Positions 23,700-32,059 of a stretch of 64,000 nt of DNA are shown here, piece after piece. Numbering within the stretch: position 1 is the stretch's first letter; each line of letters begins with the position of its first letter. The position numbers and the translations under genes were made by a program. The stretch comes from an uncultured Alphaproteobacteria bacterium. GTDB taxonomy: Bacteria > Pseudomonadota > Alphaproteobacteria > Rhizobiales > Hyphomicrobiaceae. The notes beneath the pieces are model-generated. The model had not been told where the DNA came from. It made no database searches and was given only the letters and a program-made list of their open reading frames with translations. The stretch is taken from the NCBI GenBank assembly GCA_963847435.1, contig CAWJZR010000022.1, positions 155,168 through 219,167 of the forward strand, in the 5' to 3' direction.

Positions 23700-24140
23700 A
23701 AAGCTCCTATCGGCCAGTTAACCTGTCGGCTTTGAATGCCAACGACACGTCAGCAGATTGTGTTTTGATGCAAATGTCGAATAAACAGCCCACTATCCCG
23801 GAGGCTATACTTCGTCAATTGCGCGAAGACTACAGCGACGCCGCCATTATCAGCGTTAATACGCAGTTACATCGTACATGCACGCCAAGCCAGTGATGGA
23901 ACACTTGAGATCAGGAAAGGATCTGTAGTACTTCCTTAGCCTGTTCGACGAGATTTCTTTCGTCAGCCCCTCCCTATTCTCGACGACACCTGCTTTCGAC
24001 GGTGCGCGGACAAGAAAATCGGTGCAGCCACTGATCGGCGTCGAGGGGAAAGAGGGCAGGGGTTCCAAATCGGACGACCGTTTGCTGTTCATTCACCATT
24101 TTCCGATGAGATAGGCGAAAGTGACCATAGGATTTCACCC

Positions 24141-24674
24141 ATGCCGCTCGCTCTCGACCTGATTTTTAGACTTCGCCGCGCGTTGCCGGCCGCTTGTCTT
24201 GGCGGCGCAGTGCTTACGAGCGGCCTTGCGCTCGATACCTCGCAGGCTTCGGCCGCGGACCTCGTCGTCCGCTACGACCAGTCGCAGCTCCTGCGGCTAC
24301 CGCGCCCCGCCACCGATCTCATCATCGGCAATCCCTCCATCGCCGATGTCACGATTCAAGGCGGGAATCTTCTCGTCGTTACCGGCAAGACGTTCGGCGT
24401 GACCAACATCATCGTGTTGGATTCCGAACGCAACGTCATCCAGGACCAGAGGGTCGTCGTTCAGCGCGACGAAGCGAGCCTGGTCAATCTTCATAAGGGT
24501 AATATGCGCCAGTCGTTCTCGTGCACGCCGACGTGCTCGCCGACGTTGACGATCGGCGACGACTCCCAGTTCTTTGAAATGGTGTCGAAGCACAATTCGA
24601 CGAAAACGAGCTTCTCGGATGGCGCCGGTGGCGGCGGTGGTGCGCCCGGCGGCGGCGGCGGCGGCGGCCAGTGA
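24141..24674 (+). CDS. Pilus formation protein N-terminal-domain protein (secretin-N-like) with a C-terminal poly-Gly tail
   Basis: Intact ORF with a signal peptide (..LALDTSQASA). LLRLPRPATDLIIGNPSIADVTIQGGNLLVVTGKTFGVTNIIVLD matches the pilus N-terminal domain found next to tad loci. Ends DGAGGGGGAPGGGGGGGQ. Confidence 0.65.
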   Translation: MPLALDLIFRLRRALPAACLGGAVLTSGLALDTSQASAADLVVRYDQSQLLRLPRPATDLIIGNPSIADVTIQGGNLLVVTGKTFGVTNIIVLDSERNVIQDQRVVVQRDEASLVNLHKGNMRQSFSCTPTCSPTLTIGDDSQFFEMVSKHNSTKTSFSDGAGGGGGAPGGGGGGGQ

Positions 24675-24712
24675 CCCGATCGTCCGGGTCTACGATACAT
24701 TCCGATCATGCA

Positions 24713-24745
24713 AAGAGCCGGGCAGCATCGCCCGGCTCTTTTGCA
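24713..24745 (+). terminator. Rho-independent terminator after the 24141-24674 gene
   Basis: Perfect 11-bp stem AAGAGCCGGGC/GCCCGGCTCTT (24713-24723 / 24730-24740), running into CTCTTTTGC. Confidence 0.65.
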
Positions 24746-24757
24746 TCCGGCGATGGC

Positions 24758-24792
24758 AAAGTCTCTTTAGATATAAAGTCTCTTTTAGATAT
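24758..24792. repeat. Tandem direct repeat (17 + 18 nt) in the AT-richer intergenic region
   Basis: AAAGTCTCTTTAGATAT followed directly by AAAGTCTCTTTTAGATAT. Confidence 0.8.
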
Positions 24793-25129
24793 GGAGCAGC
24801 ACGAGGCCGTCGGGGGGCGCGACGACCCCGTGCCGCTCAGCGAGCGCAAGGAGATCCTTGCACTCTCTCGCTGCTGCTTGGCGGACAGCTGCGAACTCCG
24901 TCTTGTGGCATCCGGCGCAACGTAGGCATTCGGCGGCGTGCGAGGAAAACGATCAGCAATTTCCCCGCCTTTGTCACAACTGGACAAGATTAAATAACAA
25001 CCATCCTCAAATGTCCGTCCCAATACGGCACATGATTGCCTTTAGTGAATTATTTTTACTTCTTCTTTCCCAATTCAGACTGTTTCCAGTTGCTCCGTCG
25101 AGAAATCAACACTCGTTTATCCCGTCACA

Positions 25130-25765
25130 ATGCATAACATCTTACTCAAACAGATTGCGGGATTTGCATCCATGCCGAACGATATGAAATTCCGCCGCGC
25201 CCCCCGCGTCTCCGTTGCACGGATACGGGCTGGACGCTGGCTCGCCGATGAGAGCGGTGTCGCTGCATCGGAATTCGCCGCTGTGTTGATGCCGTTCTTG
25301 TTCCTCGTACTCGGCATCATGGGCTCGGGACTGCAGTTCTTCGCCCAGAATGCGTTGGAGCACGGTGTCGAGGCCGCCGGACGCGCCGTGCGTACCGGAC
25401 AGTCGCAATCGACCGACCAGCTCATGTCGCAGTTCAAGACCAAGCTGTGCCAGGCGGCCGGCTCTTTCATCAAGTGTGATGACTCGCATCTGCGCGTGCT
25501 TGTCGGAAGCTGGAGCGATTGGGCGAGCGTCACGCCGCCGGATTGCATGAGCGGAACGTCTATGGCTCCGTCAACCGGTGTTGCCACCGATAAGGTCTCG
25601 CAATACTCGGGCGGCTCGGGCGCCATCGTGATGATCACCGCTTGCTACAAGTGGGACCTTTCGACCGGCCTCTTCATGTACTCGCCGGTGAAGCTGTCGG
25701 ACGGAAGCGTGCTGATGCAGTCCTCGACGGCCTTTCGCACAGAACCCTATTCATCGGGGCAGTGA
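25130..25765 (+). CDS. TadE/TadG-family pseudopilin-like protein. The start is possibly the internal Met at 25172 or 25184.
   Basis: Intact ORF. TadE-like N-terminal motif ESGVAASEFAAVLMPFLFLVLGIMG. Confidence 0.7.
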   Translation: MHNILLKQIAGFASMPNDMKFRRAPRVSVARIRAGRWLADESGVAASEFAAVLMPFLFLVLGIMGSGLQFFAQNALEHGVEAAGRAVRTGQSQSTDQLMSQFKTKLCQAAGSFIKCDDSHLRVLVGSWSDWASVTPPDCMSGTSMAPSTGVATDKVSQYSGGSGAIVMITACYKWDLSTGLFMYSPVKLSDGSVLMQSSTAFRTEPYSSGQ

Positions 25766-25800
25766 GCCCGTCTCAGAGCGCCCGTTAAAAACATCCGTAA

Positions 25801-26512
25801 ATGGGATCGTCAGTCATGATCACCTCCAACATCGCCCGCGCTATTGCCCGGGGCAAACGCCAAGCAATCCGCACCTGTATCTCCGTGCGTGACAACATCG
25901 AAGGCGTGGCGGCTATCGAGTTCGCCTACCTCGCGCCGGTCCTGCTGGTCATGCTGCTCGGCACGATCGAGGTGAGCCGCGGCATCAGCATCGACCGCCG
26001 CTTCGGCCTCGTCACGTCGATGGTCGGCGACCTGGTGGCTCGCGAGAAGACGATTGCGCCTTCGCCGGCACAATCGCTCTTCGGCATCATGAAGAGTGCG
26101 AAATCGATCATGGGCGCCGCCAACTCCGACACTCTCAAGGTGCGCATCATGTCGGTCATGGCGCTAACCACCGACACGACGCAGGGGCAAGATCAAGTGG
26201 GCCTACGACTGCACCAAGGACTCGTGCACGGCGTCGAGTTCGCCACCGGCCGGTTTCCTCCCGGCGGCGACGAACTGCAGCTCCTACACTCTGCCGTCCG
26301 GTATCGTGTCCCAGTACAACAGCGTCATCATCGTGCAGTCGCAGTACAAGTTCCAGCCGCTGTTCACGAGTTGGACGGCCGGCGCAGGCTCGGGCGGCAC
26401 CGCGAACCCGATGACCGTAGGCACCTGGAACGACACCTCCACCCACAGTCCGCGTCAGGCTTGCGTGGACGACGGCAATGGCTGCCCCACATCTGCAACG
26501 ACGTGTCCTTAA
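25801..26512 (+). CDS. TadE-family pseudopilin-like protein. One frameshift at the G-run 26184-26187.
   Basis: N-terminal EGVAAIEFAYLAPVLLVMLLGTIEVSRG. Removing one G gives ..TDTTQGKIKWAYDCTKDSC..SQYNSVIIVQSQYKFQPLFTSW..TTCP-stop at 26512. Confidence 0.7.
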
Positions 26513-26569
26513 GGCTATGGTAACGGCGTCCGTCCGCTAGCCCCATACACAATTGATATTGAACATCAA

Positions 26570-26595
26570 AAGGCGCCGCCATCTAGCGGCGCCTT
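26570..26595 (+). terminator. Hairpin, possible terminator (weak T tail)
   Basis: Perfect 10-bp stem AAGGCGCCGC/GCGGCGCCTT with a 6-nt loop. Preceded by an A-run, followed by CGTCGTTCC. Confidence 0.4.
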
Positions 26596-26721
26596 CGTCG
26601 TTCCGGTAACACTGTTTTATGTGGCGGCACTTCCGACGTCTCTTGCCCGCCGCAACCTGACTTCTATTGTGACCGCCATCGACGCCGATTTTTCAGCAAC
26701 AAAGAAGCTCTGAAACACACC

Positions 26722-27339
26722 ATGGGTAGGCGATCCGTTCATACGCCGGAAGAACTCCGCGAGCTCATTCTCAAAGCTGCTACAGAGCTCATCGAACGAG
26801 GGGGCCTCGCATCGTTATCGGCGCGAGAGATCGCGCGTGCGATCGGCTACTCGCCGGGCACGCTTTACAACGTCTTCGAAAACCTCGACGACCTCGTTCT
26901 AACGATCGAGGCGCGGATGCTCGACCAGCTGTCGGCACGGCTGATCGAGTCGCTCAACGGGTCAGATCCGAGCCAGCGCATCTTCAAGCTGGCACACGCC
27001 TATTTGCGCTTCACGCATCAGAATCCGAAGCTGTGGAACTTGCTGTTCGAGCATCACATGCCGGCCGGTCGAGACGTCCCGGCCTGGTATCAGAGCAAGC
27101 TGGAAAGCTTGATGGGGCAGGTCGAAGAGGCGCTTGTCCCGAGGCTTGGTGGCACGCCAAATGCGGACATCCAGCGCGCCGCCCGCGTGCTGTGGGCCGG
27201 CGTTCATGGAATTACGTCGCTTTCGACCGCCGACAAGCTCTCCAATGTCACCGCCGAGGCCGCACTTCCTCTCGTGGACGACTTGGTCAGTACGTATTTG
27301 AGCGGCTTCGAGAAGCGGGCCAGCCAGCCTTCCGAATAA
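26722..27339 (+). CDS. TetR/AcrR family transcriptional regulator
   Basis: Intact ORF. N-terminal HTH: ELILKAATELIERGGLASLSAREIARAIGYSPGTLYNVFENLDDL. Confidence 0.85.
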   Translation: MGRRSVHTPEELRELILKAATELIERGGLASLSAREIARAIGYSPGTLYNVFENLDDLVLTIEARMLDQLSARLIESLNGSDPSQRIFKLAHAYLRFTHQNPKLWNLLFEHHMPAGRDVPAWYQSKLESLMGQVEEALVPRLGGTPNADIQRAARVLWAGVHGITSLSTADKLSNVTAEAALPLVDDLVSTYLSGFEKRASQPSE

Positions 27340-27411
27340 ACAGTTAGGCGCGCCCGGAAACACAATCCCGGCCGCGCCTGTGTTTGATCGTGGGTCGTTC
27401 CGGCAGACAGC

Positions 27412-28269
27412 TTAGCGCGCGGAGCCGTCGCCGGGCGCCGGGTTTCCTGGCGCAGTGGATGGCGTGACAGCCAGCGGCCGCGTTGCCGATGCGTCCGGGA
27501 TCGAGCCGGTAATGACGTCTGACCTTACCGGCGGAGCAACCGCATGTCGGCCGGCCTCGATGCCGAACCACGCACCATGCGGCAACAATCGATTCTGCAG
27601 ACCTGCCCACATGGTTTGCGACGAGATGCCGTCTATGAACACCTTGGGCGAAGGCGATACCCAGACCGCCAGCGCCGTTGCCGCCAACATAGCGATGGTC
27701 GCGGTGGGGTGGCGCGTATCGACGAGCTTCAACGCAGTGCCGAAGGATGACTTGATGCGGACGTCCATCACGTCGACGGAATAGATCTCGTCGAGCGACA
27801 GATGGACGAGATAGCCGACGAATAGAAAGCCGCCGGCCAGCCAAGCCACGCCGTCGGGGCGCCCGAGCAGGTTCTTGAATACGATCGCCGTTGCGACGGC
27901 CGAAAACACCGCCGCCGCCAGTGAGTGCCAAATCCCGCGATGGACGGCCAAGCGGTGGAAAATGGCGTGAAGGCCGTAGCGAATGGATACGAGCGTGCCG
28001 AGCCACAGCAGCCACAATTCGGCAATCGAAAACTGCGTTGCCGAGGTGAAGAGCACCGCGAACGAGAAGAAGATGGCGAGACCTGCGAACATCGCCTTGC
28101 TGGGGCGCGAGTCCTTAAGGTCGATATCGGGCAGAACCGATCCCAGAACGCCAGCCATCGTAACGGCAACCAGATTTTCGGGGGCGATCACGTCGGCCGC
28201 AAGCGTCAGCGTCGCGAGCGCGCCGGAAACCACCGTGCCGATCGCGATATGGGTCGTGAAATTCGCCAT
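27412..28269 (-). CDS. Membrane-bound metal-dependent hydrolase (YdjM/DUF457-like)
   Basis: MANFTTHIAIGTVVSGAL..LGSVLPDIDL..HRGIWHSL: polytopic protein with a His-rich motif pattern. Intact ORF. Confidence 0.6.
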   Translation of the reverse strand: MANFTTHIAIGTVVSGALATLTLAADVIAPENLVAVTMAGVLGSVLPDIDLKDSRPSKAMFAGLAIFFSFAVLFTSATQFSIAELWLLWLGTLVSIRYGLHAIFHRLAVHRGIWHSLAAAVFSAVATAIVFKNLLGRPDGVAWLAGGFLFVGYLVHLSLDEIYSVDVMDVRIKSSFGTALKLVDTRHPTATIAMLAATALAVWVSPSPKVFIDGISSQTMWAGLQNRLLPHGAWFGIEAGRHAVAPPVRSDVITGSIPDASATRPLAVTPSTAPGNPAPGDGSAR

Positions 28270-28545
28270 GTCGTTGCCTCTCCTGTGCCGGAAGCAGCGT
28301 TGCCGCACGCATGGCGACGGCCTGGGCCATGGCAGCGTGCTGTGACGCCAGTCGGATCAGATTCGGCGCTATGACAGGAGTGGGAGGGGCGATCGCCGGT
28401 GTGGATAAGCGCTGGAATACAGTGACCGTGGGAAGCGACCCGAAGTGCCCCCTGGCGGCGCGCCGGCTTCTCTGGCAGGAACCGCTCAATCCCGCTCTCC
28501 GCGACGACGCGGTTGGCGATCCAAAAAAGCTAAGAGACTGCGACC

Positions 28546-29472
28546 ATGGTGAGCCCGACTGCCCAGCCCGAGAAGTTCACAGCCTTGGACCGCACGGCCA
28601 AGATCGCGGTTGTGAGCATCCTAGTCGCTGTGACGGTGATGGGGATCAAGTATCTGGCCTACCTCAAGACGGGCAGCGTAGCGCTCTACTCGGACGCGCT
28701 GGAAAGCATTGTCAACGTCATCACAGCCGTCGCTGCCCTGGTTGCCGTCCGAATCAGTGCGCAACCACCCGACAAGAGCCACCCCTACGGCCACCACAAG
28801 GTCGAGTATTTCTCAGCCGTGCTGGAAGGTGCGCTGATCATAGTCGCGGCGTTACTCATCATTCGCGAGGCGTGGTCGGCGCTGCTGATGCCACACACGA
28901 TCGAAGCGCCGGCGCTCGGCCTCGCGATCAATGGCGTTGCCACGGCGCTCAATGCCGGCTGGTCATGGTTCCTGATCACGCGGGGCAGAACCTGGCGATC
29001 GCCGGCCCTCGTGGCCGACGGATGGCATCTATTCACGGACGTTGCGACTTCGCTAGGCGTCATCGTCGGGCTGGCCTTGGCCGCCATCACGGGGTGGCCC
29101 ATCCTCGACCCGCTTCTGGCGGCGGGCGTTGCCTTCCACATTCTCCACGCAGGGTTCAAGCTAACGCGGGAATCGGTGAGCAGCTTGATGGACGAGGCGG
29201 CGCCACCAGAGATTCAGGCTCGTATCCGCGAGACCATTCAGGCTAACGGCGGAGGGGCGCTGCAAGTGCACGATGTCCGGACTCGCCATGCGGGTCCCGC
29301 CACTTTCATCGACTTTCATCTGGTGGTGCCGGGGACGATGCTTGTGTCGGAATCGCATCAAATCTGCGATCGGCTGGAGGACGCGATCCGGCAATCGATC
29401 GAGGGAGCTCAGGTGACCATTCATGTCGAGCCTGAGTTCAAGGCCAAGACGAAGGGGGCCGTGGACCTTTGA
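28546..29472 (+). CDS. Cation diffusion facilitator family transporter
   Basis: Intact ORF. YLKTGSVALYSDALESIVNVI..HPYGHHKVEYFSA..ADGWHLFTDV plus a C-terminal cytoplasmic domain. Confidence 0.85.
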   Translation: MVSPTAQPEKFTALDRTAKIAVVSILVAVTVMGIKYLAYLKTGSVALYSDALESIVNVITAVAALVAVRISAQPPDKSHPYGHHKVEYFSAVLEGALIIVAALLIIREAWSALLMPHTIEAPALGLAINGVATALNAGWSWFLITRGRTWRSPALVADGWHLFTDVATSLGVIVGLALAAITGWPILDPLLAAGVAFHILHAGFKLTRESVSSLMDEAAPPEIQARIRETIQANGGGALQVHDVRTRHAGPATFIDFHLVVPGTMLVSESHQICDRLEDAIRQSIEGAQVTIHVEPEFKAKTKGAVDL

Positions 29473-29485
29473 GCGGGAGCTGACC

Positions 29486-29506
29486 TGCGCTCGAGCGCAA
29501 TTTTTC
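29486..29506 (+). terminator. Short terminator after the CDF gene
   Basis: TGCGCTCGAGCGCA palindrome followed by ATTTTTC. Confidence 0.5.
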
Positions 29507-29587
29507 TCCTCAACCTGACCGGCTTCCGAACGTCAACAAAAATGATTCTACGCCCTGGAACCAACGTCCCAGGTCATTGGTTTGGAT

Positions 29588-29670
29588 GTTGCACGGGGTT
29601 GCTCCCCCTCCTCCGAACCCCTGCAAAAAGAGCCCGCCCCAGTCCCCCCCTGGCGGCGGGCTCATTTATC
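29588..29670 (+). ncRNA. Candidate small RNA with two stem-loops carrying C-rich loops (anti-Shine-Dalgarno-like). Strand and ends are tentative.
   Basis: - Promoter: GGAAC (29557-29561), N17, GGTT (29579-29582), a near-EcfG-type promoter.
- SL1 29591-29624: stem GGGGTT/AACCCC, loop GCUCCCCCUCCUCCG.
- SL2 29630-29663: stem GAGCCCGCC/GGCGGGCTC plus CCAG/CTGG, loop UCCCCCC, then ATTTATC. Confidence 0.35.
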
Positions 29671-29725
29671 CCTAGCAAGCCACGGAGTTTGGCCGAGGCT
29701 GCGCTCGAGGCTGTTCCTACCCTGG

Positions 29726-29750
29726 GGAACCATATTCAACGACAGGCGTT
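29726..29750 (+). promoter_or_regulatory. EcfG-type (general stress response) promoter upstream of nepR-ecfG
   Basis: GGAAC (29726-29730), 16 nt, CGTT (29747-29750). About 83 nt upstream of the nepR ATG. Confidence 0.6.
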
Positions 29751-29832
29751 CTGCAGGGAAGCGCGTAAAGTGACGATCCGTCTGGGACGGGAGTTCCCGC
29801 CGGGCGACTATTTTTCTGAAGGGGGATGACGA

Positions 29833-30261
29833 ATGGGGCAAAATCAACGCGATCGATCGGGTTCTTCCCGTGAGCAGCCCGAGATGAGATCGCCGGATGC
29901 AAAAGCGTTGGGTCCGTTGATTCTGTCAGAGAGTTCCCCCGCGCAAACTTGCCATTCCAATCTTTCCGACGGGCAAAAGGTGATGACCCAAGCTACGCGC
30001 TCCTCCATGGATGATTTAGGACCCAGCAAGGGAATGAAGCACGAAATTTCAACGCACTTCAGCGAGACACAAGTGGGCCCCAATGAGCAGGACTTGAAGA
30101 CCGTCTCAGACTCATTGGGCCGGCAGTTGCGCGCTATATATGGTGAGCTCGTCAGCGCTCCCGTGCCCGACCGCATTCTCGATCTTCTCAATCGTCTGCA
30201 GACGCAAGATCATGCAGGCGCCAGCGGCGCCAAGGCAACAGACGAGGAGACCCCCCTGTGA
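29833..30261 (+). CDS. nepR: Anti-sigma factor NepR. The ORF is long; an internal start is possible.
   Basis: C-terminal LGRQLRAIYGELVSAPVPDRILDLLNRL is the NepR signature. AGGGGGA lies 8 nt before the ATG at 29833. The stop overlaps the ecfG GTG (GTGA). Confidence 0.75.
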   Translation: MGQNQRDRSGSSREQPEMRSPDAKALGPLILSESSPAQTCHSNLSDGQKVMTQATRSSMDDLGPSKGMKHEISTHFSETQVGPNEQDLKTVSDSLGRQLRAIYGELVSAPVPDRILDLLNRLQTQDHAGASGAKATDEETPL

Positions 30262-30850
30262 CAAGCCGCAAGGCGCCGTCCGCCGATTTGAAGGCGAGTC
30301 TTGTCGCCGCGATCCCGAACATGCGCGCATTTGCAATCTCGCTATGCGGCGATGTCGATCGCGCCGACGATCTCGTGCAAGAGGCGTTGGTCAAAGCTTG
30401 GAATGGTATCGATTTTTCGCCGAAGGATCGAACCTCAAAGCTTGGCTATTCACCATTTTGCGCAATGCGTACTTCTCAGAATTGCGCAAGCGCAAGCGCG
30501 AGGTATCCGATAGCGACGGCGAGTTGACGGCCCAGCTCAGCGTGCCTCCGGAACAGCAAGGCCATGTCGACCTCGCTGATCTGAGGACCGCTCTGTCGAC
30601 GCTGCCTTCCGATCAACGTGAAGCGTTGGTGTTGGTCGGCGCCGAAGGGTTTTCCTACGAGGAAGCCGCCGAAATCACTGGTTGCGCGCTTGGAACAATA
30701 AAGAGTCGTGTCAGCCGTGGACGGGCGCGTCTTTCCGAAGTCATGGGCTTCGAGACGGGGGAAGCTCGATCATCGAGCCGTGCACCGGCACCCGAAGAGG
30801 GTGAGAGGGATGATGGACGCGTGGGACATGCAAGAGCATCGTCCTGCTGA
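30258..30850 (+). CDS. ecfG: ECF sigma factor EcfG (general stress response). One frameshift at the T-run 30413-30417.
   Basis: LVAAIPNMRAFAISLCGDVDRADDLVQEALVKAWNGIDF, then with one extra T: FAEGSNLKAWLFTILRNAYFSELRKRKREV..LPSDQREALVLVGAEGFSYEEAAEITGCALGTIKSRVSRGRARL. Confidence 0.8.
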
Positions 30851-30896
30851 TAGGCGTCTTCGGTGGTCAATCGCAAAACAATTGACACCATAAACA

Positions 30897-30931
30897 AAGG
30901 CCGCCAGCAAAAGCTGGCGGCCTTGTTCATT
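30897..30931 (+). terminator. Terminator of nepR-ecfG
   Basis: Perfect 12-bp stem AAGGCCGCCAGC/GCTGGCGGCCTT, loop AAAA, then GTTCATT. Confidence 0.6.
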
Positions 30932-30939
30932 CGAAAGTG

Positions 30940-30976
30940 GGCAAAGAAAGGGCCGCCGATTGGTTCGGCGGCCCTT
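30940..30976 (-). terminator. Terminator of phyR
   Basis: Perfect 11-bp stem (30948-30958 / 30966-30976), followed on the minus strand by TCTTTGCCC. Confidence 0.55.
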
Positions 30977-30998
30977 AGTGTAGGTTGGTCGCAATCGA

Positions 30999-31802
30999 TC
31001 AGCCGCTTGCCCGCGCGCGCACCGGCAGATGGGCCTTGGTGTCGAAGAAAAGCGCTTGGCTGATGATGGCCTGCACGCTTTCGGGGCGGAATGGCTTATT
31101 GATGAGGAAGGTCGGTTCGGGCCGCGTTCCCGTCAACAGACGCTCTGGATAAGCCGTGATGAAGATGACCGGCACATCGAATGAGCCGAGGATTTCGTTG
31201 ACGGCGTCAATGCCGGAGCTACCATCGGCCAGCTGGATATCGGCCAACACCAAGCCGGGACGATGGCGCTTGAAAGCGACCACAGCCTCGCGATGGGTGC
31301 GGGCGACGTCGACGACATCGTGGCCGAGACGACCCACGAGATCCGACAGATCGAGAGCGATCATCGGCTCATCTTCGATGATCAGAACGTTGGTACGCAC
31401 CTGCTCCGCGATCTCCCGGGACGCACGCTCGATCATGCGGCGAACTTCGGCCTCGGTGCAGTCGAGGACGAGGGCAGCGTCCGGTGTCGTGAAATTTTCG
31501 ACGGCGACGAGAAGGAAAGCCTGGCGGGGACGCGGAGACACCGCTTCCAAACGGCGATCGGCTGCCGACATGGGCGGCGGGTCAGCCTCGCCATTGACCT
31601 GAACGGAATTCCACACCTTCAAAAAGGCACGGTAGAGGGCCGCACGAGGCTCCATGCCCTCTGGTAACAACGAACTGTCGCTGAGAAGTGCCTCCAGCAT
31701 CGCCACAACGTAGGCGTCGCCGCTGTCCTGACTGCCCGATAGCGCCCGAGCAAACCGCCTCAAGTAAGGTAGTTGCGGGCCGATCATCTGCGATATCGAC
31801 AT
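30999..31802 (-). CDS. phyR: Anti-anti-sigma response regulator PhyR (sigma-like N-terminal domain plus receiver domain)
   Basis: Intact ORF. MSISQMIGPQLPYLRRFARALSGSQDSGDAYV (sigma-like region). VLIIEDEPMIALDL..PGLVLADIQLADGSSGIDAV..PVIFITAYPE (receiver). Confidence 0.9.
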   Translation of the reverse strand: MSISQMIGPQLPYLRRFARALSGSQDSGDAYVVAMLEALLSDSSLLPEGMEPRAALYRAFLKVWNSVQVNGEADPPPMSAADRRLEAVSPRPRQAFLLVAVENFTTPDAALVLDCTEAEVRRMIERASREIAEQVRTNVLIIEDEPMIALDLSDLVGRLGHDVVDVARTHREAVVAFKRHRPGLVLADIQLADGSSGIDAVNEILGSFDVPVIFITAYPERLLTGTRPEPTFLINKPFRPESVQAIISQALFFDTKAHLPVRARASG

Positions 31803-32059
31803 GGCTCCCCCTAGAACGCTGACTATTACTCCGGCAACCTACGATTATAACCCGTAGCCTGCTCGAAGCCATGAACTCTGTCTTGCTTGGTTTGGTTGCG
31901 CCGGATTACGTATTTTTTGCCTGCCGGGGCGTCTTCGGCGACAGCTGAGGGCGTCCGGCACTTTTCCGACTTTATATCATGGCCTTCGTGACCTTCTTGC
32001 GCAACCCCCGGGCGTCAAGCAACCTGACCTAGCCGTTGGGCTAGCATAGAAGCGAGAGC

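Noticed and set aside
23642-24092. Small ORFs (84 aa on the plus strand, 78 aa on the minus strand) in the AT-richer region between flp4 and the 24141 gene
   Set aside because: No Shine-Dalgarno sequence, atypical composition, and they overlap each other. The region is better explained as a divergent promoter/regulatory spacer. It contains the CtrA-type box and a near-consensus TTAA-N7-TTAC at about 23857-23871.
24618-24671. GGC/GGT-rich simple repeat
   Set aside because: It lies in-frame at the 3' end of the 24141-24674 gene and encodes a poly-Gly tail. It is not a CRISPR array or a non-coding microsatellite.
29662-29847. 61-aa minus-strand ORF ending right at hairpin 29630-29663, which has a good T-run on the minus strand
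   Set aside because: The ORF overlaps the nepR promoter and start in antisense. It has no RBS and a non-coding-like sequence. The hairpin is reported instead as part of the sRNA candidate, with the strand ambiguity stated.
31803-31900. EcfG-type promoter for phyR
   Set aside because: Only GGTTG-N16-CGTT is present (two mismatches in the -35 element), and it lies very close to the start codon. Too weak to annotate; it is mentioned under the GSR finding.
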